Source: a virus
Taxonomy: Duplodnaviria > Caudoviricetes
DNA length: 64,000 nucleotides
Strand: one strand, 5' to 3'
Virus record (IMG/VR): IMGVR_UViG_3300009031_000221
Coordinates: 160,001 to 224,000 of that record
The notes below the pieces were generated by a model, which was not told the origin of the DNA, ran no database searches, and worked only from the letters and a program-made list of their open reading frames with translations. A program made the translations under genes and the position numbers. This document shows positions 19,030 to 29,425 of this stretch, one piece after another; position 1 is the first letter of the stretch, and the number at the start of each line of letters is the position of its first letter.

Positions 19030-20301
19030 TTAATCCTCAACAGATTCCGCGGGCTTAGGATCCGCCAACAGGAGATCCAAATCCCCCAAGTCGTCATCCT
19101 CCGCAGCTTCCACTACAAAGGTGCCAGGAGCGGCAGAGAAGGCAGCAATAGCAGCAAGGTACAATTCATCCCACGCTCCTTCAGCGGCCTTTACCTTGCT
19201 CTTGAATTCATCCATGCCGCAACCCTTGATCAAGTCCCCATTAGGACGTTCCCAAGAGTACCATGCCCCCGACTTCTTTACGATACCGTGCGCCGAGGTA
19301 ATGTCGATGATGGAACGAATATCATCAATTCCCTCACCAAACCGGATGTAGAAATCCGCAGCCTTTCCCTGGGAAGCCGAAACCTTGCACTTGTCAATGC
19401 GGCAACGGACAGTTTGACCAACCATTGCCTCCTCAACCTTGTGGACAAGGGCGTTGTACTCCTTGCCCTTCTCCTGAGCAATGCGCTTGAGGCCCATGCG
19501 AACCTCAGAGTAGAACTTCCACGCCTCGCCGCCCTGTGCTTGCGTATCGTCACCACCGTAACCGGTCATACCAATCTTCTTCCGAAGCTGGCTAATGCCG
19601 ATGACACACGTTCCCGTGCGGTTGATGACATTCTTGAGTTCAGGCAACACCTTGGACCACTTGGCGGCATTCAAGCCGATACGTCCCATTTCGCCCTTCT
19701 CCGCAACTGTCTGCTCAAGGGATGCTTGAGGCACACCGGCTCCTACAGAGTCGATGACAATCAGGTCTACACCCGCCTTCGCCATCGTCCAAAGGATTGC
19801 CAAACCCTTTTCCAGGGACTCCGGTTGAGCCAACAGGAACGAATCGGGATCATCCAAAGGAACGCCCAAGGACTTGGCATACGCCACGTCAATGGCATTC
19901 TCCCAGTCGATGTAGCATACCGTCCCACCCGAAGCGCACACCATTGCCGCTGCCGTCAAGGCTACCGTGGTTTTACCCGACGATTCCTGTCCGTAGAGGT
20001 TGATGATGCACTTACGGGGAAATCCAGGGCACGGACGAACGTTGAACCGATTCAACCGTCCGCCAATGAGGTAATCCAGGATGATGGATCCCGTGGGCAA
20101 GTGAGGACGGGAATGCCGAATTGCATCCTCGTCAATTTCCACGAAGGATTCATCCTTGGGAAATGCCTTGGTAATGAGTGCTCTGGCTTGCGACAAAGAA
20201 CTCTTCTTGTTCGTGACGTTAACTTCAGTCACAGTCTTGGGAATTTTGCGAGGGGGCATATCAGGACTCCTTAGACCAGCAGAAAAACCGCTCGTCCTCA
20301 C
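19030..20301 (-). CDS. recA: RecA recombinase
   Basis: GQESSGKTT, YIDWENAID, IVIDSV, ISQLR, GGEAWKFYSEVR, KKSGAWYS. Confidence 0.97.
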   Translation of the reverse strand: MRTSGFSAGLRSPDMPPRKIPKTVTEVNVTNKKSSLSQARALITKAFPKDESFVEIDEDAIRHSRPHLPTGSIILDYLIGGRLNRFNVRPCPGFPRKCIINLYGQESSGKTTVALTAAAMVCASGGTVCYIDWENAIDVAYAKSLGVPLDDPDSFLLAQPESLEKGLAILWTMAKAGVDLIVIDSVGAGVPQASLEQTVAEKGEMGRIGLNAAKWSKVLPELKNVINRTGTCVIGISQLRKKIGMTGYGGDDTQAQGGEAWKFYSEVRMGLKRIAQEKGKEYNALVHKVEEAMVGQTVRCRIDKCKVSASQGKAADFYIRFGEGIDDIRSIIDITSAHGIVKKSGAWYSWERPNGDLIKGCGMDEFKSKVKAAEGAWDELYLAAIAAFSAAPGTFVVEAAEDDDLGDLDLLLADPKPAESVED

Positions 20302-20917
20302 GATAAATAATCCCCTTCTTCACAGTATCGCCTGCTTTGGCGCCCCGTTGGAAGGTATGGATTTCGGTGAACTGCTTTGTTTCAGCTACCGTCAAATCAT
20401 CAGGTTTCAACAACCCATCATGAAGCGACCAGAATCTACCTGCGATTCGGGCTGCCCAATAAGCATCCGCCTCGTTGTGATTCCACACGCCTTTCTCGCC
20501 ACAGTCTGTCTTCGCGGCTTCTACCATGTCAGGTTTCATCATTTTCCACCCTTTCGGGCGAGCCAGGAATGCATGTGCATGTGACTTGATTTGGCCTGGG
20601 GAGAAAAACACTACATCCATCTTGGCGGCTTTGAGTGCCTCGCAATTGTAGAGGAATAACCCATACAACCCCTCAGAGTACATCTCGTGAAATACCGGAT
20701 ATTCAACCCCAATACGATGCACCCCATATTCAACACCCATTTTCTCTACAAGGGTGCGAACACTTTCCCGCAAATCGGTATACCGATCTATGAAAAGGGT
20801 TTTGGATGACGTTTGAAATCGTCCCCGTGCAACACAACGGGCAAGTCCCGTCGCGTCCGTGTCATGAACTGCCCAACCGAAATTGGTAAGGGACGGGTCA
20901 AAGCCCAGGACTCGCAT
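20261..20917 (-). CDS. RuvC-like Holliday junction resolvase
   Basis: VLGFDPSLTNFGW, IGVE, NEADAYWAA. Confidence 0.85.
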   Translation of the reverse strand: MRVLGFDPSLTNFGWAVHDTDATGLARCVARGRFQTSSKTLFIDRYTDLRESVRTLVEKMGVEYGVHRIGVEYPVFHEMYSEGLYGLFLYNCEALKAAKMDVVFFSPGQIKSHAHAFLARPKGWKMMKPDMVEAAKTDCGEKGVWNHNEADAYWAARIAGRFWSLHDGLLKPDDLTVAETKQFTEIHTFQRGAKAGDTVKKGIIYREDERFFCWSKES

Positions 20918-21009
20918 AATAAGCCACCATGACTTATGGGGATTGAATATCGGAAACCCGTAGGAGGGCAACCCATTGAGGAACAGGTTGCCCTCCTACT
21001 ATCAGGGGC

Positions 21010-21753
21010 TTAGGAATCGAGGAGGTCGTCCACAATTCCGTCGATCTCACCCGTAACCATGGTGTCCGTGGGGGACGAAGAACCACCGCCACCACCAATC
21101 GATCCGCCGCCGCCACCGCCAGCCAACTTCTCGCGAATCTGCTGGATAGTCATTTCGCGACCAACGTGATCGTTGATGTTGCCGGAAATCATCTGCGCCT
21201 TGGAAATCATGTCACGCACGATCGTCTCAGCCTTCGGATTACCCATCAATGCCCGAAGCAACGAATCCTTGCAAGGCGTGAAGGTCATCTTCTGGAAGTT
21301 CGCGTCCGAGCACGAAGCCGTGAAGTCATGGTTGCTGAAGGGGAACTCGTTGTGAATCTGAACCAACGACTTGTATTTATCACCGGAGAACACCCAAGGC
21401 TGAACCTCAGCATCACCCGCGGCCAAACGGCTCTTGTCAATGATGCCGCTCTTATCGGTCGGCCACACGACAATTACCGAAGCGATACGAGTACGGGGGG
21501 CTTCGCCGCCAGCCAACTTGGTGTATTCCGCACCCTTGTTGACGATGTACCCGACGTTCGGGATGTAATTCGTTGACGCCCGAACGAAAAACGGGGCTTG
21601 TGTATCCAAGTCGGGCTTGCCATCATCCAGACCCTTCCACCAAATGAAGGAGATCCGGTACGTACGACCCGCTTCCGCCTTGAAGGGCTTGGACTTGCCG
21701 CCGAGATTGCTGTCATTTTCCCCGAACGAAAACTGCTGAAAAGTGCTACTCAT
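21010..21753 (-). CDS. Single-stranded DNA-binding protein (phage type)
   Basis: Aromatic-rich core, Gly linker, acidic C-tail (IVDDLLDS), next to recA/ruvC. Confidence 0.65.
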   Translation of the reverse strand: MSSTFQQFSFGENDSNLGGKSKPFKAEAGRTYRISFIWWKGLDDGKPDLDTQAPFFVRASTNYIPNVGYIVNKGAEYTKLAGGEAPRTRIASVIVVWPTDKSGIIDKSRLAAGDAEVQPWVFSGDKYKSLVQIHNEFPFSNHDFTASCSDANFQKMTFTPCKDSLLRALMGNPKAETIVRDMISKAQMISGNINDHVGREMTIQQIREKLAGGGGGGSIGGGGGSSSPTDTMVTGEIDGIVDDLLDS

Positions 21754-21852
21754 GGTTATTGGTACTCCAGTTGTGTTAAGACGGATGAGTCATTGTTGGA
21801 CATTTCCCGTCAATTTGTTTTACCCATTTGCGGGGGATTACGATCCCCCTAT

Positions 21853-22887
21853 TTATCGAGGATCCTCGAATATTCCGAGAATGGCATCAACATCGATGTC
21901 ATCCACAATCTTCGCCAAGTTGGGCTTGGCACGAGGAACCAACCCGCTGATTACAACTTCATCCAGGAATTCATCCACTTGATCGGTGGAAGTAGTGCTA
22001 GGCAAATCCGTTGTGACATCATTTCCACCATCCAACATATCACTCGCAGAAACTTCGGAAGAAGCCTCAGGAGATACTGACACAACTGCAATCTCTACGT
22101 CAGTAACGATATTATTCGATGGATTTGCGGGGGCCGGAATTTCCGGGGTATTGAGAACCACCTGGGGTTCTACAATTTCTGGGACAGACATGACAAGGAT
22201 CTCACCGGAGGGATCTTCCAGATCCTCTGGATCATTCCATGTCCCGGCTTCCCGAGACAACTTGATTTCCCCATCCACGTCACGAAGGAGGTTATCCAAG
22301 TCAAGAACATCATCGCCTGTTGCCCGCTGGGCGGGCGAACCCTTGATGTCTGGGGCGTAGGGCACCTTCGTACCCCAACGGCCTCCAAGGCCAATCTCCT
22401 CACTGCACAGCCGCATCTGATCCCGCAACCGACCTTCCGTATCTTTGAGGTCAGCACGCTTGGCCTTGATGACAGCCATGACGGCTTCAAGGTCTTCAGT
22501 TGCGATATTCAAATTGTGTGCGTGCATAATCTCATCGCGAAGTTTGCCCGAGGCAATTGCTTCCCGATCCGATACACTACGACCCGCCCGAGTTGTTGGA
22601 TCGTTGGCAAACAAATCCTTCTTTGCAAGATCCAAATCCGTCAATGCCACCCGCAATGCCCGCCGAGTTGCTTGAAGCCGCCGGGATACATCCAGGAACA
22701 ACTTCTCACACCTATCAAGCATTCTCCGGATTTGTGCCGTTTTGCTATTCAACCGTTTAGGGCCAAAGGGAAGGGGATCATCATCCAATTCCACAGAGAG
22801 TTCCCCTAACACGTCAAATACGCGATCGGCTTCCTCCTGCGGGTATTCCATTGAACCCCGAACAGGGGTGTCAGGAATGTCAGCCAT
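21853..22887 (-). CDS. Coiled-coil protein with long acidic tail (possibly UvsY-like mediator)
   Basis: N-terminal coil, D/E/P-rich C-half, adjacent to SSB; function is inference. Confidence 0.45.
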   Translation of the reverse strand: MADIPDTPVRGSMEYPQEEADRVFDVLGELSVELDDDPLPFGPKRLNSKTAQIRRMLDRCEKLFLDVSRRLQATRRALRVALTDLDLAKKDLFANDPTTRAGRSVSDREAIASGKLRDEIMHAHNLNIATEDLEAVMAVIKAKRADLKDTEGRLRDQMRLCSEEIGLGGRWGTKVPYAPDIKGSPAQRATGDDVLDLDNLLRDVDGEIKLSREAGTWNDPEDLEDPSGEILVMSVPEIVEPQVVLNTPEIPAPANPSNNIVTDVEIAVVSVSPEASSEVSASDMLDGGNDVTTDLPSTTSTDQVDEFLDEVVISGLVPRAKPNLAKIVDDIDVDAILGIFEDPR

Positions 22888-23312
22888 TACTTGCCTCCAT
22901 TTCCAGTCCCGGTGCGAATGAGATCCGCCATCAACCGAGTATAATTGTGCTTGATTGCACGGGTTGCTTCTTCGTACTGCTCAGGGGACATATTACCACC
23001 AGCCATCGCTTGGGCATGTGCCGCACAGTCTACTTGCATCCCCAACATCAATGCTGCCAAACGCCCTTCACGCAAGGTAAGTCCCCCAGCATTGATCTTC
23101 TCCGGGGCATCCCCATCCTGAGCCGAAACCAAATCGGCACCCATGCCGCCTGCATCATCTTGAATCGTGTCCCAAGCCGCCGAAAAACCCGCATAGGAAT
23201 CCCCACGCTGACCCTTCACTGACCGAGTAACCACAATCTTTGTGATCTTGATTGCGCTCCGAATATGAGCCGTTGCTGCCTTGACCAATTCTACATCATC
23301 ATTGAGTGCCAT
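22887..23312 (-). CDS. Hypothetical protein
   Basis: ORF; start MALNDD has GGAC/GAGG-like RBS. Confidence 0.6.
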   Translation of the reverse strand: MALNDDVELVKAATAHIRSAIKITKIVVTRSVKGQRGDSYAGFSAAWDTIQDDAGGMGADLVSAQDGDAPEKINAGGLTLREGRLAALMLGMQVDCAAHAQAMAGGNMSPEQYEEATRAIKHNYTRLMADLIRTGTGNGGK

Positions 23313-23349
23313 TTTGTCCAGCCTCCTACGGCGGTTATTGCATTTCCTT

Positions 23350-25686
23350 TTACGCAGATTTCGGAGTTTGCGATCCACCCCATCCCAGTAAACGATCCCG
23401 AAACATTGTGTTCCGCAAGTCTTCCGTATCATTTAGGACTGCTACCCCTAAGGCACTGTGCGTCCCGATAAGAATAACCTTTCGTTTCGCCCGGGTAACT
23501 GCCGTGTAGAGAAGGTTCCGCTGCAATTGATGCCGAAATCCATCCACAACAGGCATTACAATAACGTCATATTCCAATCCCTGGGCCTTGTGGACTGTGC
23601 AAGCGTATGCCAATCGAATAGTTGCCCCTACATTCTTGAATGGAATATACACAAGGGTATCCCCATCCCCGAAGATTTTGACCTCTACTTCCTTAGCCTT
23701 GCGATCAATTCGGTTGACCTTGCCAATATCCCCGTTGAATACCTTCAATGTGTAATCATTCTTGACTACCATAATCCGGTCATCCTCACGGATAGTACTG
23801 TCCCCAACCTTCATTTCCTGTGCCCCCCGTCCAGCAGGATTCAACAAATCCCTAAGCCGGGCATTGAGAGCGGTCACACCAACAGGCCCCCCATGACGTG
23901 GGGACAGAATCTGAAAGTTGGTACGCTTTTCATAGAGTTTCGTGGCCAGTTGGACAATAGCATCCGCTACCTTTTCTTCGCCCTGGATTTGAATCAATCG
24001 AAAATCTGGGGATGTCGTATCCGGAATTTCCCCTCGGTGAATGGAGTGCGCCGCATAAACAATGCCCGAGGTATCCTTCTGCCGAAAGATCTCTGTCAAG
24101 CTAACTACAGGGAATCGGTTGGAACCAATGAGATCCCGTAACACGTTGCCTGCTCCTACAGAAGGCAACTGTGCAGCATCCCCAACAAACACCATCCGAC
24201 AATCAGGTCTCGTACATGCCATGAGGCGGTAAATGAGGTGCTGATCCAACATGGAGGCTTCATCCACTACAACAACATCTGCGGGATAAAAGTTGCTAGG
24301 CGCCCCATAACCCCAATCCTCATCCCCCTCAGACCCGTTCGTAATCCCGTCTGAATCGCCTACAATGCCCGCATAAGTGCTTTCCCGTTTACTATCGGAA
24401 GAACCCTTCGCCGAGAATGCCCGATGGATTGTATAGGCACTAGCTCCAGTCCGGGCACCCAGGTTCTTTGCCGCAATCCCCGTAGGCGCACACAGTAGAA
24501 ATGGAACCCCCATATCCTTGAGGATGGATACCACCGCCAACATGCACGTCGTCTTTCCCGTCCCAGGCAATCCCGTAATGATGGATACAGGAGTTGCCAG
24601 GGCATTGATAACACCCTGCCGTTGGGCCTTGGATAATGCCAAATGGGCTGAACTCCCCCATTCATCTACAGCAGTTTCAACAACCCGAATTAGTTTCGCC
24701 CGTTTCTTCTTGGAAGCCTTCTCAGTGGCAACCCCTACATTAGCCAATCGTTTCATGTAATCAGGTTCATCTCCGAATACAGCGGTTTGCATCCGGGTTT
24801 CCATGAATTCCGATGATTCCTTTTCCATCCTCCATGCCCAGGGATCATAGATTCCCTTGAACCCAGGACGAGTATCCCGATCAATAACCAGAATCTTGTC
24901 CCGATGGCATTCAGCAAGTGCCTTGGCAAATGCATCATTCGTAACCTCAGGCACAAGCATTTGTACTTCGGCATGCATCTGTCCGGTGGTCATGTACAAA
25001 TGCCCAAAGGACTTCTGATTCTTGCAAGCGTGAATGACGGCACCCTTGAGCCGCAATGGACTTGTCGGATCCAAACCTAATCGTCTAGCAATCTCATCCG
25101 CATGCTGGAATGTGATTCCATCTACACGCACCAATTCCCAAGGATTTGTACTGAGGATCTTTTCAGCGTCATCCCCAAACAATGTCCACACTTGCTTGAC
25201 CTTACCGGAAGCCAACCCCAAATCATTGAGGAACCCCAAGGCCTTGAAGTATGCCTGAACGACTTGCCACCGCTGCGTAATGTGCATCGCTACAAAGGAT
25301 GTCACCCCAGGAGCTTCCTCTAGCCGCTTCTGGTCGCTCAGGGCATTGATGAATTCGGATTCGCCAAAGTGCGCCCGTACCTGCTGAATAACCCGTTCAC
25401 CAACACCATTTGAACACAGTGCCCGCTCTGCGGATGCCGGATCCCACGAGGTCTTGATGACAGGCGCACGGGAAATCGCCAACTGAGGCCCGTATTCTTT
25501 ATGGTTTGACCAAGTAGCATCAAACCCAAACCAAGATCCTACCTTGATCGCCATGCCCGGAATGTTGCCCCGAACGGCTACGGATTCCGCAGACCCCGTA
25601 TCATCCAGAACCATTCGCAATATGTAGAATGCCTGTGCAGGGTTATCATAAATGATTGAATGGACACGACCAGAGAAATAACTCAC
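23350..25686 (-). CDS. recD2: RecD2-like SF1B helicase
   Basis: N-terminal OB/HhH domains, GLPGTGKT, VVDEASM, GDAAQLPSVG, IFRQ, LAYACTVHKAQG, LLYTAVTRAK. Confidence 0.93.
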   Translation of the reverse strand: MSYFSGRVHSIIYDNPAQAFYILRMVLDDTGSAESVAVRGNIPGMAIKVGSWFGFDATWSNHKEYGPQLAISRAPVIKTSWDPASAERALCSNGVGERVIQQVRAHFGESEFINALSDQKRLEEAPGVTSFVAMHITQRWQVVQAYFKALGFLNDLGLASGKVKQVWTLFGDDAEKILSTNPWELVRVDGITFQHADEIARRLGLDPTSPLRLKGAVIHACKNQKSFGHLYMTTGQMHAEVQMLVPEVTNDAFAKALAECHRDKILVIDRDTRPGFKGIYDPWAWRMEKESSEFMETRMQTAVFGDEPDYMKRLANVGVATEKASKKKRAKLIRVVETAVDEWGSSAHLALSKAQRQGVINALATPVSIITGLPGTGKTTCMLAVVSILKDMGVPFLLCAPTGIAAKNLGARTGASAYTIHRAFSAKGSSDSKRESTYAGIVGDSDGITNGSEGDEDWGYGAPSNFYPADVVVVDEASMLDQHLIYRLMACTRPDCRMVFVGDAAQLPSVGAGNVLRDLIGSNRFPVVSLTEIFRQKDTSGIVYAAHSIHRGEIPDTTSPDFRLIQIQGEEKVADAIVQLATKLYEKRTNFQILSPRHGGPVGVTALNARLRDLLNPAGRGAQEMKVGDSTIREDDRIMVVKNDYTLKVFNGDIGKVNRIDRKAKEVEVKIFGDGDTLVYIPFKNVGATIRLAYACTVHKAQGLEYDVIVMPVVDGFRHQLQRNLLYTAVTRAKRKVILIGTHSALGVAVLNDTEDLRNTMFRDRLLGWGGSQTPKSA

Positions 25687-25687
25687 T

Positions 25688-26194
25688 TCAGGCTCCCTTC
25701 TTCAAATGGTCTTGCAAGTTCGCCAGCAAATCCCGCAAATCCCTTGCCTGAGCCCCAAGTGTTTCAACCTGATCCGGCGTAATTGAACCTAGAGAATCTC
25801 GCATAGCTTCTACATCAAATACGGACGCGGCAGCTACCCGTGCCTGATGGCCATCCAACAGGTTGAAAGGGATCATGACTCGCTTACCATCCAATTGTTC
25901 TACCCACCACTGCCCATCCGTTTGGCCTAGCCAACCACGGGCTGTCACGTTCAACAATCGATCAGGATTTTCATGATGCCCAGCTGGGCAAGGGTTTGGT
26001 TGCCACATGCAGCAACCACCTCCCCACTTCGATGAATCAATAGGAATTGGGGGCAAATAATGAACAGCTAGATGAATGTCTTCGCCAATCATCGGACGGA
26101 GCATTTCATCTACGAAATCGCCCCTATCCGTCTGAAGCTTTCCATCCGACTCGTAGAAAAGCCCTTCCATCAAAATAGTGTGAAACGCGCCCAT
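25688..26194 (-). CDS. Hypothetical protein
   Basis: 168 aa ORF with GGAGG RBS. Confidence 0.65.
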   Translation of the reverse strand: MGAFHTILMEGLFYESDGKLQTDRGDFVDEMLRPMIGEDIHLAVHYLPPIPIDSSKWGGGCCMWQPNPCPAGHHENPDRLLNVTARGWLGQTDGQWWVEQLDGKRVMIPFNLLDGHQARVAAASVFDVEAMRDSLGSITPDQVETLGAQARDLRDLLANLQDHLKKGA

Positions 26195-26242
26195 GGTACC
26201 TCCGCAATTGAAGTACCCTATTTGAGGGCTAAATGAGGCGAG

Positions 26243-29200
26243 TTATTTGGGAATGGGCAACATGCACTTATCGCCCTCACAGAACTTGTCATCTGTATCG
26301 TGGGCATTTTCATGGAATACTAACGGGGATATGCGGGCTGCCATTGCCTCGTACTGATCTTTCGTAATCGTCTGGTACGGGGGGCATACGTAGCCGTGGT
26401 CCTCTTCCAACAAGGGCAACATGGAAATGCCCTTCAAGCGCGTCTCGAATGATTCCAAGCAAGCCTTGATATCGCCGACCTCAGCCTTGTTGAATGTCAC
26501 CGTGGCGGATACCAAGTTGTCAGACCAATGTGCCTGCATGTCAGCGGAATTGACAAACTGCTCCCAAATGGAAACCTCTGCCTTGCCCTTGACGAAGTAA
26601 GGTTCCTTGATAGGAAATGCCACAACCGAAGTCTGATCCGCATAGACATCCGGGAACACGTCGTAACCTGCATCCCTTGCGGCCTGACACAACGGGCTCT
26701 GGTTCGATACCCGAATGTGCCGAATGTAGTATTCGCTATGTGGATAGTGGATACCAGGGGTCGCTCCGCACAACAACGACACCGTGCCCGAAGGCTTCAC
26801 AGTGGTCGTCTTGATGGACAACGGAATTCCCAACCAATCGGAATACGTGCGATCCAGTTTCTGTACATAGCCGTAGCCGTTGTCACACCACTTGAGGAAT
26901 TCACGCCGACCGAACTTCTGCATCGCCTGAACAATGCCGCTCATTGAAGCGCCAATGCGCCTATTTCGCGTCATCACGGCATTTGCCCGTACGTCATGCG
27001 TCGGAATCAAAGTGACCGTCTTGGCGTAAAGGTACGCCATCTTCAACGTACGCTCGAAGTCCTCGTAGGAATCATGGTGCGCCGGATAGGTTTCTACCAA
27101 GTTGCACTGGTAGGTCAAAACGTTTCCAAACACCGCCATGTGGTTATCAGGTTCATCAAAACAGTAAGTGGTATGCAATCCAGGCAGTTTAACCACACTG
27201 ACAATCTTTTGCTTTCGGGCACGGTCAATGCACATCCCTTCCGGGTGTGCATTGTTATTCGCCGTCCGACCCCCAAACCGTGAAGCCTTCTTGATCCGTG
27301 TAGGAATGATGGAACTTTCAAAACTGGGGATCTGGCAATACCACATGTCGTAATTGCGAATCCCCAAATTGGTTTCATCCCCAGCATTCGCAAATTTGCG
27401 AATCGTGGCGTGATTGATGCCTACACGACGCAACAGGATTTGCAGATCCCGCATCTTCGGTTCCGTCCCGTAGATACGATAGCCTTCCGTTGAAGTATCT
27501 TTATTTACGATAGTGCCGTCCGTTTCAATCCAACCCGCCACGAATTCCAGAATACTAGCCCGATCAAAACCAAACACCCGTGAAGTCAATCCATTGGATT
27601 TGTCATTCAATGACACGGCTTCATCAATATCCAAAAGATCATGCAGGGACAAACGATTTACGGGATCCGTATAGCCTTCAAGAAATTGTGGTTTCATCCA
27701 CAAACCTTGGACATCGAGATCTTGCAACTTGATTTTGTCCCCACACACCAACACGCGGGGATAGGCGTAATCCCCTCCCGACAGGTTAGGTCGATCAATG
27801 TAGCCGTCGCCGACGAACAACCCAATCTCAAATGCCAAAGGATCGTGTACACCAACAATCGATTTGTCCATATCAAACCCGATAACTTGGGCACCCAAGG
27901 TCAAATCCATGGTGTCAACCCGACGAAAAATACGTTTCCCGTCAGGCTTCACATGCCAACCATGATTGGACGTGCAATCCAGGTAAGATCCATCGGTAAG
28001 GGTTACCCTGAAAAGTTCCCGGTTTTCCCCAGTGATACGAGGTTGAACATTAGACCAACAATCGCCATTCCATACTTCCACGAACTTCCCGACTAGATCT
28101 CCGATTTTTGCCACATCATCTTTCAACTGAATATAAGTATCCGAGCTTACACACAACTCAAATGACTCCAGCCCTTGTTCCCCACAAGGATTCGTTCCCG
28201 CAATACGCCAGTCCTTGTTGTCCGGAAGATCATTCATCCGACCAAACTTCCGGGCATTGTCCAACCAAACAACTCCAGGCTCCCCATTGACGGAAATCGA
28301 ACGGGACAATTCCGTATAATCCATGCCAATATAGCCAAACACCGAGTTGTTGGAAGCCCAACGACGGTCAGCCAAAGCTGCTTCATCTTGCTTGAGGTTC
28401 ATGAATGAAACATCATCCACTTCCCCAAACATGATCTCCGCCGTCCGACGAATTCCGCCAGCAACCACGGCTTTGCCAATGTAATTGAAGATGTCCACAA
28501 TCTGCGTTGATAGAATACGGTAGGAAACATCTTCCACAGGGCGTTGGATGAAAGCATTCGCCAAACCAATAGTCGCCCAATCATCCGTTGTGCGGGCATC
28601 AAATTCAACACTTGCCGTATTGGGCAACAACAAGTGCGTGAGGTTGACAACCAAATCATGCAAGGGCTTCGGCCCAGATGCCGTTCCTCCAAATGTCTTG
28701 AGGGGTTCCCCACGACCACGAACCTTCGAATAGTCAACGGTCAAAGGATAGGCGCCCTTTCCCACGAATGAATTCAGGACGGTACGAATCAATTCCACCC
28801 ATCCTTCCCGCGTGTCATCCACAACAAAGGGTTCCGCCGTGGTCTTGGGGATGATCAACTTGACCTTGCCAGCCCCTCGAGTATCCCCACCAACGCCGAC
28901 ACCCAACATGGACATATCCATGAGGAACGTGAAAGGCCCCGCGAAATCATCCGCAATATTGTCCGACGAAACAAATGCGCAATTCTGAAGGGACGCAGAT
29001 CCCCGCTGATATACAACGTCCGTTCCCATTACCGCCAATCCACGACCGGGAGGCGTGAACTTAAATTCCCACATGCGACGAAACATATCCTGTGCCGAAT
29101 GCTGTGCCTTCGAATCATTCCAGGGTAGCCCCATTTGATGGCAATGGATCTTCTGGATGTTGAAACACCCCTCGACCACACGTTGACACGTCTGCCAAAA

Positions 29201-29365
29201 CTCCTCGTTCCCACCATCTGGAAGGGCACGGGCATACGTACGAACATAGGTGAATTTCCCTAGTGGTCCCCACTTTGGCTCAAGGCCTCGGAATTCATCT
29301 ACAAATCCCGAACTCAAAGAAAACTGACGAACCTTGCGGCCTTCTACGGAGTGATTGAATATCAT
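26243..29365 (-). CDS. nrdJ: Class II (B12-dependent) ribonucleotide reductase, monomeric type, with intein
   Basis: FTPPGRG, LQNCAFVS, GGIRRTA, NPCGEQ, TTVKPSGTVSLL, C-terminal CxxxxC pair. Confidence 0.93.
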   Translation of the reverse strand: MIFNHSVEGRKVRQFSLSSGFVDEFRGLEPKWGPLGKFTYVRTYARALPDGGNEEFWQTCQRVVEGCFNIQKIHCHQMGLPWNDSKAQHSAQDMFRRMWEFKFTPPGRGLAVMGTDVVYQRGSASLQNCAFVSSDNIADDFAGPFTFLMDMSMLGVGVGGDTRGAGKVKLIIPKTTAEPFVVDDTREGWVELIRTVLNSFVGKGAYPLTVDYSKVRGRGEPLKTFGGTASGPKPLHDLVVNLTHLLLPNTASVEFDARTTDDWATIGLANAFIQRPVEDVSYRILSTQIVDIFNYIGKAVVAGGIRRTAEIMFGEVDDVSFMNLKQDEAALADRRWASNNSVFGYIGMDYTELSRSISVNGEPGVVWLDNARKFGRMNDLPDNKDWRIAGTNPCGEQGLESFELCVSSDTYIQLKDDVAKIGDLVGKFVEVWNGDCWSNVQPRITGENRELFRVTLTDGSYLDCTSNHGWHVKPDGKRIFRRVDTMDLTLGAQVIGFDMDKSIVGVHDPLAFEIGLFVGDGYIDRPNLSGGDYAYPRVLVCGDKIKLQDLDVQGLWMKPQFLEGYTDPVNRLSLHDLLDIDEAVSLNDKSNGLTSRVFGFDRASILEFVAGWIETDGTIVNKDTSTEGYRIYGTEPKMRDLQILLRRVGINHATIRKFANAGDETNLGIRNYDMWYCQIPSFESSIIPTRIKKASRFGGRTANNNAHPEGMCIDRARKQKIVSVVKLPGLHTTYCFDEPDNHMAVFGNVLTYQCNLVETYPAHHDSYEDFERTLKMAYLYAKTVTLIPTHDVRANAVMTRNRRIGASMSGIVQAMQKFGRREFLKWCDNGYGYVQKLDRTYSDWLGIPLSIKTTTVKPSGTVSLLCGATPGIHYPHSEYYIRHIRVSNQSPLCQAARDAGYDVFPDVYADQTSVVAFPIKEPYFVKGKAEVSIWEQFVNSADMQAHWSDNLVSATVTFNKAEVGDIKACLESFETRLKGISMLPLLEEDHGYVCPPYQTITKDQYEAMAARISPLVFHENAHDTDDKFCEGDKCMLPIPK
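27107..28153 (-). mobile_element. 349 aa intein with LAGLIDADG homing endonuclease, ending in Tyr-Gln
   Basis: Starts CVSSDT after ESFEL; block B DCTSNH; GLFVGDG and GWIETDG; ends VLTYQ before CNLVE. Confidence 0.9.
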
Positions 29366-29425
29366 TGAAAAAACCTCTTTCCTACTGTTTGTTGAAATTG
29401 TCTATGGGGGGTGCGTATCAAAAGC

